This document shows positions 38,303 through 51,095 of a DNA stretch of 64,000 nt, piece after piece (within the stretch, counting starts at the first letter, position 1; each line of letters begins with the position of its first letter). The notes below the pieces were generated by a model. That model saw only the letters and a list, made by a program, of their open reading frames with translations, had not been told where the DNA came from and did no database searches. Position numbers and translations under genes: made by a program. The stretch spans positions 109,990,001-110,054,000 of the forward strand of contig NC_086108.1 of assembly GCF_963921235.1 (NCBI RefSeq), written 5' to 3'. The stretch is from Mobula hypostoma. Taxonomy: Eukaryota.

Positions 38303-40511
38303 ACCATAGCATTGGAGAAGGATAAGAACAGACAAGTTAGGAAAGCATTTAATTGGAGTAAGGGGAAATATGTGGCTATCAAGCAGGAACTTGGAAGCAT
38401 AAATTGGGAACAGATGTTCTCAGGGAATTGTACTGAAAAAATGAGGCAAAGGTTCAGGGGATACTTGCGTGGAGTTCTGCATAGGTATGTTCCAATGAGA
38501 CAGGGAAAGGATGGTAGGGTACAAGAACCATGGTGTACAAAGGCTGTTGTAAATCTAGTCAAAAAGAAAAGAAAAGCTTACAAAAGGTTCAAAAAACTAG
38601 GTAATGATAGAGATCTAGAAGATTATAAGGCTAGCAGGAAGGAGCTTAAGAATGAAATTAGGAGAGCCAGAAGGGGCCATGAGAAGGCCTTGGCAAGCAG
38701 AATGAAGGAAAACCCCAAGGCATTCTACAAGTATGTGTAGAGGATAAGACATGAGAGAATAGGACCAATCAAGTGTGATAGTGGAAAAGTGTGTATGGAA
38801 CTAGAGGAGATAGCTGAGATACTTAATGAATACTTTGCTCCAATATTCACTACAGAAAAGGATCTTGGTGATTGTGGGGATGACTTACTGTGGACTGAAA
38901 AGCTTGAGCATGTAGATATTAAGAAAGAGGATGTGCTGGAGCTTTTGGAAAACATCAAGTTGGATAAGTCACTGGGGCTGGACAAGATGTACCCCAGGCT
39001 ACTATGAGAGGTGAGGGAGAAGATTGCTGAGCCTCTGGCAATGATCTTTGTATTATCAATGAGGATGGGAAAGGTTCTGGAGGATTGGAGGGTTGTGGAT
39101 GTTGTTCCCTTATTCAAGAAAGGGAGTAGAGATAGCCCAGGAAATTATAGACGTGAGTCTTACTTGAATGGTTGGTAAGTTGATGGAGAAGATCCTGAGA
39201 AGCACGATTTATGAACATTTGGAGAGGCATAAAATGATTAGGAATAGTCAACATGGTTTTGTGAAAGGCAAGTCGTGCCTTACAAGCCTGATTGAATTTT
39301 TTGAGGATATGACTAAACATATCGATGAAGGTAGAGCAGTGGATGTAGAGTATATGGATTTCAGCAAGGCATTTGATAAGGTGCCCCACGCAAGGCTTAT
39401 TGAGAAAAGTAAAGAGGTATGGTACCTAAAGGGACATTGCTTTGTGGATCCAGAACTGGCTTGCCCACAGAAGGCAAAGGGTGGTTGTAGACGGGTCATA
39501 TTCCGCATGGAGGTCGGTCACCAGTGGTGTGCCTCAAGGATCTGTTCTGGGACCCCTACTCTTCGTGACTTTTATAAATGACCTGGGTGAGGAAGTGGAG
39601 GGATGAGTTAGTAAATTTGCTGATGGCACAAAGGTTGGGGATGTTGTGGATAGTGTGGAGGGCTGTCAGAGGTTACAGCGGGACATTGATAGGATGCAAA
39701 ACTGGGCTGAGAAATGGCAGATGGAGTTCAACCCAGAAATGTGTGAAGTGCTTCATTTTGGTAGGTCAAATATGATGGCAGAATATAGTATTAATGGTAA
39801 GTGTGGAGGATCAGAGGGATCTTGGGGTCCGAGTCCATAGGACACTCAAAGCTGCTGCACAGATTGACTCTGTGGTTAAGAAGGCATACGGTGCATTGGC
39901 CTTCATCAATCATGAGATTGAGTTTAGGAGCCAAGAGGTAATGTTGCAGCTATATAGGACCCTGGTCAGACCACACTCGGGGTACTGTGTTCAGTTCTGG
40001 TCGCCTCACTACAGGAGGGATGTGGAAACCATAGAAAGGGTGCAGGGGATATTTACAGGGATGTTGCCTGGATTGGGGAGCATGCCTTATGACAGTAGGT
40101 AGAGTGAACTCGGCCTTTTCTCCTTGAAGCGACGGAGGATGAGAGGTGACCTGATAGAGGTGTAAAAGATGATGAGAGGCATTGATCGTGTGGATAGTCA
40201 GAGGCTTTTTCCCAGGGCTGAAATGGCTGCCACAAGAGGACACAGGTTTAAGGTGTTTGGAAGTAGGTACAGAGGAGATGTCAGGGGTAAGTTTTCTTAT
40301 GCAGAGAGTGGTGAGTGCGTGGAATGGGCTGCCAGCGACAGTGGTGGAGCTGGATACGATAGGGTCGTTCAAGAGACTCCTGGATAGGTACATAGAGCTT
40401 AGAAACATAGAGGGCTATGAGTAACCCTAGGTAATTTCTAAAGTAAGGACATGTCCAGCAGCTTTGTGGGCCAAAGACCCTGTATTGTGCTGTAGGTTTT
40501 CTATGTTTCTA
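38303..40511 (+). mobile_element. CR1 LINE ORF2 remnant (~2.2 kb, to the 3' tail)
   Basis: KENPKAFYKYV, QHGFVKGKSCLTSLIEFFE, YMDFSKAFDKVPH, LVRPHSGYCVQFWSP; TTTCTATGTTTCTA tail; multiple stops. Confidence 0.92.
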
Positions 40512-40741
40512 ACACATGACATGTTGAAGCCAAAATTGATTACAATTCCTATCCGAAGTGTTGTGTGGAAGTCAATATCAGTATTGCTTGTGCAAAGGGA
40601 GGGAGGGAGTTTTGGGGCTTCAATTTCTCTATCATTCATTCTATGGGGTTCTTATTTCATGGTTGTCTGTGAAAAGTATGAATTTCAGATTGTATACTGC
40701 ATTCATTCTCTGATATTAAATGACCTTTGAACCTTTGAACA

Positions 40742-40940
40742 CCAGAGATTCTGCAGATGCCTGAAATCCAGAGTAACAGACATTCAAAGTACTGGAGGAA
40801 CTCAGCAGGTCAGGTAGCATCTATGGAGAAGAATGAACAGTTGTTGTTCTGAGCCGAGGCCCTTCATCGGGACTGTTTATTCCACTTCATAGATGCTGCC
40901 TGACCAGCTGAGTTCCTCCAGTATTTTGTGTACGTTACTC
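40742..40940. mobile_element. Palindromic PLE-terminus mini-element
   Basis: TACTGGAGGAACTCAGCAGGTCAGGTAGCATCTATG / CATAGATGCTGCCTGACCAGCTGAGTTCCTCCAGTA. Confidence 0.8.
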
Positions 40941-40944
40941 TGCC

Positions 40945-42640
40945 CCTTCTTCAGGATGGGAAGGATGGGAGAAGAAGCCAGAATCAGAGAGCCGGGGAAG
41001 GGGAAGGAGTACAAACTGAGACCAGGTGAGGGAGAAGGAGGGTGAGTAGGGCAGAGGGTGGTGGAGGGTGAGATGATAGGTAGAAGAGGTAAAGGGCTGA
41101 AGAAGAAGGAATCTGGTAGTGAGGAGAGAGGACCATGGGTCAGTTTATATGCTGGCCAGATAAACTGAAAAGTCAGGGTGTCGCGATCGGAGGTGAGAGC
41201 AGATTTCGCTCGTTCTCCACGATGGTCATCTCCATGGCACTGAGGCTATGAAGACTGCCCCGGCTCCTGTGCACGGTGCCCGCTAATATGATGAACTGAT
41301 AAGCGAGGCTTTGGGCCTACTCCAGCCTGCTCCAGGGTTCAGATCTGAGGACTCAATTTGGTTCAGAATACTGTTGTTTATTTCAACTGTTTGCATAATT
41401 TTGATTTTTATTTTTTATTCTCTTGAGCATCGAGTGGTGGTCTAAACTTTTTACTGTTATTCTTTTTTTTCTTTAATTTGGTTTTTCGGGTTTCTTGCTT
41501 TGTGGCTACCTGTGAGCAAACAAATCTCAAGGATATGTAATTTATACATTCTCTGATAATCAATGTACTTGAATCTTGAAGAGTGAAGGAGGAGGGGCAC
41601 TAAAGGGAGGTGATAGGCAAGTGAGAAGAAGAGAAGGGATGAAAGGAATGAAAGGATAACTAGAATGAGGAATGAAAAAAGAGAGAAGGAGGGAGAGGGG
41701 TATAATTACCAGAAGTTAGAGAAATCGATACAGGTTCAAGGCTACCTAGATGGAATATGAGGTGTTGCTCCTTAATCTGAGTTTGGCCTGATCGTGGCAA
41801 AAGAGGAGGCTATAGGCAGACACTGTCACTGTCCGGGTGGTTAATTCCCCATTTTCTCCTAATTCCCTTTGATTGTGCCACAGTTCCGACCGTTAATTCC
41901 CCATTTTCTCCTAATTTCCTTTGATGGCTGCACACCTGGTTTTCATCAAGACCTGCAGCATAAGAACCCCAGCTTTCCACCCACTAGTTGCCAGATTATT
42001 GGTTTTACCAGTGTGGTAATTAACGTTTCTTGACTGCTTAGGATTGTGTGTTCTCAGTACCTGTGAAACTCAGTCTCTCCGTGTCGAGATAAGTATTCTA
42101 AGTTTTACCTCAGCACTGAGGTTTATCTGTGTAACTCTGTCTCTCCGTGCTAAGAAAAGTTTTGTCACTTTCCTTTCTACAATCTGTGTCAAGATAAGTT
42201 CTGCCTGCCTCCTGCCTTCCTGCACTCCCTCCTGTTTGCTGTTCAACGCTCACGCCCGTGCCTGCATCCTAACTCAATCTCCATGCCTGTGTCCTGCGTT
42301 TGAGTTCGCTCTGTTCGTTGCAACGGACGTGTCAGAATGGGAATGGGAAATGGAATTGAAAGGAGTGGCCACTGGGAAATCCTACATTTTGCACAATGGA
42401 CGGAAAGCAGTACCCTAATCTGTGTTGGGTCTCACCGATGTAGAGGAAGCCACACCAGTAGATGACCCCAACAGACACAAAAGGTGAATTGTTGCCTCAC
42501 CAGGAACGACTGTTTGGGGCCCTGAATGGTGGTGAGGGAGGATATACAGGGGCAAGTGTGGCACCTATCATGCCTGCAGGGGTAAGCCCCAGGAAGGAGA
42601 TCAGTGGGGAAGAACCAGTGGACAAGAAAGTCGTATAGAG
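40945..42640 (-). mobile_element. Decayed Penelope-like element with two nested insertions
   Basis: PGAYPCRHDRCHTCPC...IQGPKQSF and GIY-YIG C-terminal remnants, interrupted at about 41140-41580 and 41824-42325. Confidence 0.75.
41824..42325 (+). mobile_element. Solo LTR (Gypsy-like)
   Basis: TGTCAC...GCAAC(G) ends; flanks GACAC/GACGT duplicate the host PLE's GACAT site; CCTGCGTTTGAGTTC near the 3' end; internal ~35-bp duplication. Confidence 0.7.
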
Positions 42641-42767
42641 AGTGTTCAGTACTGAACCTTTCAGACAAGATGTAATATTCAAAGAACAGCTTCTGAGAAG
42701 GTTGTCTGTGCAAAGGTGGACTTTTATTCCGATCCTGTGCTAAGTGACAATTTCCCCAAAGTGACAA

Positions 42768-44575
42768 AGTTCAAAGTTCAAAGTAAATTTATTATCAGAT
42801 AAATGTGTCCCAATGTACAACCCTGAGATACAGTTTCTTGCAGGCATTCACAGTAAATACAAGAACCACAACAGAATCAAGGAAAGACCACACCCAACAG
42901 GACAGACAAACGGCCAAAGTACAAAAGACAACAAACTGTGCAAATTCAAAAAAGAGAGAGAGAAAAAAATAAGAATAAATAAGGAATAAATACTGAGAAC
43001 ATGAGATGAGGAGTCCTTGAAAGTGAGTGCATGGGTTTTAGGAACAATTCAGTGATGGGGCGAGTGAAGTTGAATGAAGTTCTTACATCTGGGTCAAGAG
43101 ACTGAGGGTTGAGGAGTAATAACTGTTCCTGAACTTGGTGGCATGGATCCTGAGGCTCCTGTATCTTCTTTCTGATGGAAGCAGTGAGAAGAAAGCATGG
43201 TCCGGTGGTGGGGGTCCCTGATGAGGGATGCTGCTTTTCTGCGACAGTGCTCCACGTAGATATGGTCAATGGTGGAGAGGGCTTTACCCGTGATGGACTG
43301 GGCCATAACCTTTACTCTTTGTAGACTTTTTTGTACAAGGGCATTGGTATTTTCGTACCAGGTCATGATGTAACCAGTCAGTTTTCTTTCCACCACATAT
43401 CTATTGAAGTTTGTCAAAATTATAGATGACATGCCGAATCTTTGCAAACTTCTAAGAAAGCAGAGGTGCTGCAGTACTTTCTTTGTAAAGGCACTTTCCT
43501 GCTAGACGCAGGAAGATCCTCGGAAATGATAACACCGAGGAATTTAAGGTTGCTGACCCTCTCCACCTCTGATCTCCTGATGAGGCCTGGTTCATGGACC
43601 TCCAGTTTCCTCCTCCTGAAGTCCGTAACCAGCTCCTTAGTCTTGCTGACATTGAGTGAGAGGTTGTTGTTGTGGCTCCACTCAGCCAGATTTTCAATCT
43701 CCCTCCAATATGCTGATTCGTCACCGCCTTTGACTCAGCCGATGACGGTGGTGTCATTGGCAAACTTAAATATAGCATTGGAGCTGTGCTTAGCCTCACA
43801 GTCATGAGCGTAAAGCCAGTAGAGAGGGGGCTAAGCACACAGATTTGCAGATCATCTGTGGTAATGGAGATTGTGAGGGAGATGTTGTTGCCAATCGGAA
43901 CTGACTGGGTCTGCAAGGAAGGAAATCAAAGATATAGTTACACAAGGAGGTATTGAGGCCTGGGACTCAAAGCTTTATGAGTAGTTTTGAGGGGATGGTA
44001 GTATTGAATTCTGAGCTGTGGTCAGTGAAGAGTATCCTGATGTATGCACCTTCACTGTCCAGATGTTCCAGGATTCAGCGAAGAGCCAATGAATCTGCAG
44101 CAACTGTTGTCCTGTTGTGCCAAATTGGAGTGGATCCAAGTCACTTCTCAGGCAGGAGTTGATGTGTTTCATCACCATCCTCTCAAAGCACTTCATCAGA
44201 GTGGATGTAAGTGCTACTGGACCATAGTCATTGAGGTAGGTCTCCATGGTCCTCTCAGGCACTGGTATAATTGAAGCCTGCTTGAGACAGGTGGGAACCT
44301 CAGACTGACGAAGTGAGGGGTAGAAGATGTTGGTAAACCCTCTGGCCAGTTGATCAGCACAGGAGTTTCGCACCTGATGTACCACATCTGCTCCAGATGT
44401 TTTCTGTGGGCTCACTCTTCTGAAGGAAGCCCTCATGTTAGCCTCAGAGATTGAACTCACAGGGTCTTCGGGGACTTCGTGAAGGTTTTGATGGTCAAAG
44501 CGGACATAAGAGGCATTGAGTTCATCTGGGAGCGAAGCCTTGTTGTCACCTATGTTGCTTGGTTCACTTTGTTGG
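42768..44575 (-). mobile_element. Rex1/Babar-type LINE with RT domain remnant
   Basis: LPDELNASYVRFD, VPTCLKQASIIPVP, LNDYGPVALTSTLMKCFER; KFANDT on the minus strand; full 3' UTR. Confidence 0.9.
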
Positions 44576-46034
44576 AATTGATGGTCTTCAGGCCCTGACA
44601 CAGGGGTCGAACATCCTTCAATGACAATAGCAAGGAATCCTGCTATGTAATCTTGTTACCAAGGCACCGAGTTACTGCATGAATAGGTAAATGGTTTTGT
44701 TGTGCCTGGATACTTCTCCAGCAGGGCGTAGCAAGTGTGAATAAAGAAAAATATTCACTAATTCATTGTGAGCCACTGTTAAACTCAAATGTTTCTGCAA
44801 GTTTGTTGTGCTAATGACTGGACATCAAACACTTCACTCTCAGCCAAACAGGATGGAGGATTGTGCAAACAAAGGGGAGGGTCCTATCAATCCCATTGTC
44901 ACGTGTGTGTGCCTTTTTGGTGTGTTAGTAGAGAGTGCAGAGAGAAAGAGACGTACTAATTGCAAGGAATCATAGTTCAAAGTTAATTTATTATTGAAGT
45001 ACATAGATGTCATCATATGCGATCCATTTTCTTGGGGGCATCTATAGAAAATTTCCAGTATCTGTAGACTTTCATGTGTTTATCCATAGTAAATGTTTAG
45101 CCACTGCTGGAGTAGACTTTGAAAGCGATTTGAAGAGGCAGAACCGAGGCTAAGCAGAGCTGGGGCAGTGGGGCCCGAGCCTGAGAGTGAAGAACAAGCG
45201 GCTGTTTAGCCAGTTTAAGTGCTGGGCTGGGTAGGAAAGGTCTGGTCCAGGCCCAATCGAACCGGCGAGACCCAGGCCCGAGAGGTTATCGAAGCAATAA
45301 GGACCAGGCGTGAGAGTGAGGAACTATCTGAGATCTGAGCAATTGACGTGCCAGGTCAGGTTTGGGGCGGCGGGGTCCAGGTCTAGGAGCAGCAGGGTCT
45401 GGGTCCGAGAGCGACAGCCAATTTAAGTGCAAAGTCAGGGCACTGGGGCTGGAGGCAAGTGTTCAGCTTGCTGCTCCACAAGGTTTGCTCATCTCAGCGC
45501 TGAACTGAAGCCGTGGCCTGCAACTAACAAACTAACGAATTCAGAGTCACTTACTTACGGCGTGCTTGGAAACATACAGTGAAACGTGTTGGTGTTAACA
45601 ACCAACACAGCCTCAGGATGTGCTGGGGCAGCCTGCAAGTGTCAAAAAGTTGTATGCTTACAATGCTGGACAGAATAACAGAAGACAACAGGCAACAAAA
45701 CAACACTCATTCCTCCCTCCCTCCCACCTCCAGAACATGTCCCCAGTGTCCAGGCTTCGGCAGAATTCCGCTCAATCTTCAGTATCGACCCCCAATCTGG
45801 CCACTTATGGGATCCTGAATTCCAGGCTCGCCAATTGACTGGCTCTGGTGCCTCCTGCTCGCAAAGACATCTGATCCCAGGACCCACCGACCTGGCACAG
45901 CTCGACAGTCACAGATGTCCTTCATCTCCTGTCCACACCTCTGTTCTGCAAGTGCAGGGCGGAGGCCTATACTCCAGAAGACCTTCATCACCATCCCAAG
46001 TCCACATCGCTGGTCTTCAAACATGAAGTGATGC

Positions 46035-46455
46035 CTGAACTCTAACTCCACCACATTCCTGTCCCTAAATCCTAATCTGACCTCTAACTCCCCACATCAC
46101 TGCCTTTAAACTTAATCAGACCTCTATCTCGCCAGATCCCTGTCCATAAACTCTAACCTGACCTTTAACTCCTCCACATCACTGTCCCTAATCCCTAATA
46201 TGACCTCTAACTCTCCAACATCCCTGTCCCTCAACCCTAATCTTCCCTCTAACTCCCCACATCCCTGTTCCTATCCCTTAATCCAACTTCTAACTCCCCC
46301 ACATCCCTATCCCTCAACCCTAATATGGCCTCAAACTCCCCACATCCCTGTCCCTAAACTCTAATTTGACCTCTAGCTCCAAACATCCCTGTACCGGGAC
46401 ACTAATCTGACCTCTAACACCTCCACATCCCTGTCACAATGCCCCAATCCAACCC
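46035..46455. repeat. Minisatellite, ~41-bp unit x10
   Basis: Unit ~CTCTAACTCCCCACATCCCTGTCCCTAAACCCTAATCTGAC. Confidence 0.9.
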
Positions 46456-46967
46456 CTCCCACCCCCCAAATAATCATTCCTATGAACCTAAAAATAGCAG
46501 CTATGTGTGAGACACGATCCCGGTTGAGACCGTAGCTTAGTGCCAGAAGTTATATAACAGTACATGCCTTCAGCCATGTGTAAAGACTAAATTAATCTAC
46601 AAACAATTTATGTGCACAAGAGATTAAATTGTATTTCATTTTACAAATTAGGCAATTAGTCAAGGTGTTGAAATCTGCCCTTTCATTGTGCAGTTTGTGT
46701 TTGGGTGGCATCGTGATATACAGCATGGAAACAGGCCATTCGGCCCAACCCATTCATGCTGACCAAGTTGTCTACTTGTGGATAGTCCCATTTGACCCAC
46801 GTCCCACCAAACCCTTTCTTATCCACGTGTCTGTTGAAGTATCGTTTAAACACCGTAATTGTGTTTGCCCAAATACTACTTTTTAACTATTCCAGAAGTA
46901 AAACACTACAGATACTAGATATATTCTTTCAGAAATTGACAAGTTTCCCCTGCACTTGTTGTAAGTT

Positions 46968-47385
46968 CACTTACTTCTTGCCTGTTACGCACTAGGGATG
47001 CAGTGAAGGTCCTCCATCTCTGTCAGGGCTTCCTTCATCATGTCAGTAGCTTCCTCTTGGTTTTCACTGCTTTCTGTCATGCAAGTCCTGGATAGAGATT
47101 GAGGAATACTGTCGTATTCAATTGTAGAAGGATTCTTCACTGGTGTTTCCGTAACCATTTTGTTTTTTACCAGTCAGGGTTGTTAGTCCTGAGCTGAACC
47201 CCTGAACCTGGAGGACTGGTGGACCACTCTTAGTCTGACCTCTACCCTTTGACCTGTTTGGCATGGGTGACCCTACCAAGAGCCAAAGCATAAAGCCCTG
47301 ACTCCAGCCAACATAGCTCTCTGGGTCATTTGAAGCACGCAAACCTCCAAACCCTACGACAAGGTTGGGGACCTCTTGGAGGGTT
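46968..47385 (-). mobile_element. Bipartite non-autonomous RTE element (5' UTR joined to 3' tail)
   Basis: RTE-type 5' region (plus strand AACCTGGAGGAC...CTACCCTTTGACCTGTTTGGCATGGGTGACCCTACC) next to a ...RWRTF...-like C-terminus and AAGT tail; another piece at 59552-59631. Confidence 0.65.
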
Positions 47386-47389
47386 GTAA

Positions 47390-47925
47390 GTTGAAGTTCA
47401 AGTTTATTGTCACTCAGCCTTACAGTTAAACGAAACAGTGTTCCTCAGGGACTAAAATGCAGAACACAGCACATGGGTCACATGCAGTACATATGGTAAT
47501 ATTAATACAATATACAAGTTGACACAACTTTAACTGTATGACATATAGTTAAATATACAACAGTATAATGCCACTAGCTCGGTCGTGAATAACGTGTACT
47601 GGGTAGTAGCAAGGTGTTCAGAAGTCTCATAGCCTGGGGGGAGAGATAATGCCCAGCCTAACAGTCCCTTTTCTTATACTGTGGTACCTTCTGCCTGATG
47701 GTAGGAGGACAAAGAGATTGTGGCATGGATGGGAGGGGTCCTTGACAATGCTGAGGGCTCTGAAAACACAGTGCTTCCGTTGTATGTCCTGGATGGGGGT
47801 TGGGGGGGGCTGTGGTGGGGGAAGAGAGATGCCAGTGATTCTCTCAGCAGTCTTCATAAACTGTTGCAGGGTCTTGCAGTCAGCTGCATTGCAATTCCCA
47901 TATCAGACAGTGATACAGCTGATTA
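47390..47925 (-). mobile_element. Rex1/Babar-type LINE 3' end
   Basis: KTAERITG...RALSIVKDPSHPCHNLFVLLPSGRRYHSI. Confidence 0.85.
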
Positions 47926-47991
47926 GATGCAGTCAGACCTTGAAAGTTAGACATGGGAATCGCTAATTCATCAGCAGTAACTGTACTAAAA

Positions 47992-48208
47992 CCCAGAGCA
48001 AGAGATACAAAATGCTGGAGGAACTCAGCACATCAGGCAGCATCTAGGGGGGGAATAAACAGTTGATGTTTCAATCCATGACCTTTAATCAGGACCTTGA
48101 ACAAAACATCGACTATTTATTCATTTCCATAGATGCTGCCTGACATGCTGAGTTCCTCCAACATTTTGTGCGTGTGGCTCTGGATTTCCAGCATCTGCAA
48201 GATCTCTG
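47992..48208. mobile_element. Palindromic PLE-terminus mini-element
   Basis: ACAAAATGCTGGAGGAACTCAGCA / TGCTGAGTTCCTCCAACATTTTGT arms. Confidence 0.8.
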
Positions 48209-48476
48209 GTATTTTTACTAAATCCCTTCCTAATCATTAGCACAATACTCATTATTGTTAGGACAAATTCAGTAAATCACAACATTGCTTTGTGAGAATT
48301 TCACGATCATTTCATCATGATGAAGAAAATCTACACATAGTTTCATTAGCCTGCCCTTCCGATGTGTATGACGGTGATTTTGAGAAGAACACCACATTGT
48401 TGAATTACCCAGTGTAGATGGATTGGCTGCATTACTGCTTTGTTAGTTATTGCCTTAAATTTACTTAGTGTCTTAC

Positions 48477-49450
48477 TGTCACGGACCCCGTGACGGGGAT
48501 AAAGAACCAGCAGAAATGGAAAACACTTTGGAATCTCGTATTGCTATAAACTAATAATATTTATTAGTAACTACACAATACAGTAATATAAATGTAAATA
48601 AATCAAACGGGTTAGCAATGATTATATATAAAAGTAAGTATGGAATATATATGTATGAAAAAACCAAGCTTCGTTAAGTCTAGGGGTAAAAAGATACAGT
48701 CTTACGATGTTGAGTAAAGTTCAGTTCAGTTTGTGGTATTTAGTTGAGTAGTGATGGAGAGAGAGAGAGAGACAGAGAGAGAGAGTTGAGTCCTCAGGTG
48801 AGCTGATGCCGTCAATCTTCTCGTCGTCCTCCGAAATCCTTTACAAGTCACCGACTGTGACTTTAACAAGGGGGACCGGTCTTCTGTGGTGGAGCTATCA
48901 CCCAGGCAAGGGTGGACACATAGACAACTCTCCACCAGTCAACCCCTTCTTCACCGATGGAATAGCAATTTGGATCGATCCGCCTGATCGATCCTCCAAA
49001 ACCCACTTTCTCTGCAGGCACAACAATGCTCATTCAGTGTCCAGATCATGCGTCCTAGGTCTGTATCATCTGACCTCCCATTTATTTCTCTGTGCTGAGC
49101 ATCACCTGTCATTCAGAGAGTCCCTCCCTCCTTTGTCTGTAAAGGAGTACACAAGCAGGCAACAAGTCCTTGAAAGTAACATCAGCAACCAGCCTTTGGT
49201 CACCATAGCAACCTTCGAGCTGCTTGGTGCTGTCTCCAGCTCCAAACTCAGTAAAAATCCAAAGTTACTTCCAATGCCTTAAGGTGACAGTCCAACCGTT
49301 AATCTTCGTCTCTCTCTCTCTTTTCAAAAGCAACATATCGGTGGTAAATAACTGTCTCTCTCTCTCCTTTCCAAACAAACCATCAATGATAAATGTCTCT
49401 CTCCGTCTCTCTTCAAACAGTTAATAGGGCCACTCCTGGATCCCCTCACA
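48477..49450 (-). mobile_element. Solo LTR (974 bp)
   Basis: TGT...ACA ends; flanks CTTAC/TTTAC (5-bp TSD, one mismatch); TTTATT near the left end suggests minus orientation. Confidence 0.7.
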
Positions 49451-49800
49451 TTTACCAATTTGCCTTCAAAATAGCCATAGGCGCTAAAGATTGCAGATTT
49501 TTGGAGTCTGGAGTGAATGAAAAAGTGCTGCAGGAAGTCAGTGGATCAGGCAGTGAGTGTCCACTGCCAGTCATCTCACCCAGAGCGTCTACTCTCCATT
49601 TCCCTCCATTCATACAGCCTGGCCTCCTGCGCTCGTCCAGCAATGTCTTTGCTTAAAATCCAGTGTTGCCAGTGAAAATGTTCAGAAGTACAAAATGCTT
49701 TGGGCTAACATGCCATGTTTAAATTATCAAATTATTGTCTGGAGACGCAAGTACAAATCCTTTAAACAGTTGGGGAATTTAATAGGAAGTAATTAAATTA

Positions 49801-50340
49801 CAGTCTATTGTAGCCAGTTCAGTCTTCTTAGCTTGCTTTATGTCGGGGAAGCAATATCGGTGGCCAGTGATGCAAAAAGACTAAATAAACTCGTCAGAAA
49901 GGCTGGGTCTGTTCTAGGCTACAGCCTGGACTTTTTTGAGTTAGTGGTGGTGAAGAGGTCACTAAACAAACTGCTATCCATCATGGACAATCAGGCACAT
50001 CCTCTCAATGACCTACTGAATAGGCAGTGGAGCACCCTTTCGAACAAACTCATTCAGCTCTGCTGTCACAAGGATCATTACAGAAAATCTTTCCTACCAA
50101 ACGCAATAAGCTCATACAACAATTCATCTTTGTGCGACAGGAGAACACACATCATGGTACAATAGTCTCTCTTTTATTATTTTGTACATGATTATTGCAC
50201 ATTGGTCATTATTATTCTCTATATTATTATTCTGTACTTTATTATTAGGTAAGTCTGCGCACTGCTAAGTGTGTTTTTAAATGTTGCTGCTGTAACGAAA
50301 GAGTTTTCCACTCAGGATCAATAAAGTATTTATTATTATT
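49801..50340 (+). mobile_element. Rex1-type LINE 3' end (second subfamily)
   Basis: DAKRLNKLVRKAGSVLG...HPLN...RKSFLPNAI; GGATCAATAAAGTA plus (TTA)n; TSD ATTAAATTA (49792-49800 / 50341-50349). Confidence 0.85.
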
Positions 50341-50644
50341 ATTAAATTAATTCACGATTTGGAAAAGTAAATATTAGGAATGGTGATTGATGGTTATTTA
50401 AAAATCTAATACATTACTATCAAAATCAGCTTTGATATAACTGGTATATGTTGTGAAATTTGTTGTTATGTGGCAGTGGTACATTGCAATACATAACAGT
50501 AAAAATCTATAAATATATATATAATTAAGTAAGTAGTGCAATGCAGTGTTAGTGGGCTGATGCCAGAGGATTCGGAAGGATATCTGCCACTGTTATCACA
50601 GGTAAGAGCCCATAACAACAGCAAGGGCATGAGGAACTGGTAAG

Positions 50645-51095
50645 GGCTGCACGGTGGTGCAGCAATGAGTGAACTGAGTAACTGCACCAGTGACCCAGGT
50701 TCAATTGCCACCACTGCCTGGAAGGAGTTTGTATGTTCTCCCTGTGACGGCTTGGGTTTCCTCTGGTTCCTCCCAAATTCTAAAGTTGTTCGGGTTAGGG
50801 TTTATTTTTTTATTGAGATACAGAGCAAAACAGCCCCTTCCAGTCCTTCGAGCCACTCAACTCAGCAATCCCTGATTAACACTAACTAGCCTAATCACGG
50901 GACTATTTACAATGACCAATTAACCTACCAGCCGGTACATCTTTGGACTGTGGGAGGAAACCAGAGCACCTGGAGGAAACCCATGCATTCTACAGAGAGG
51001 ATGCACAGACTCCTTAGAGATGACATCAGCGTTGAACTCTGAACTCGGACACCCCAAGGTGTAATAGTATCGTGCTAACTCTGCAGTGGCATCCA
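50645..51095. mobile_element. Two opposed HE1/V-type SINE copies
   Basis: Plus copy about 50645-50800 (GGTTCAATT B-box, GGAGTTTGTATGTTCTCCC); minus copy about 50810-51090 (TCTTTGGACTGTGGGAGGAAACC). Confidence 0.7.

Noticed and set aside
46035..46455. CRISPR array or telomere repeat
   Set aside because: No unique spacers, eukaryotic context, and hexamers are not contiguous.
48365..48408. SECIS-like ATGA..AA..TGA
   Set aside because: Helix II pairs poorly and no selenoprotein exon is evident.
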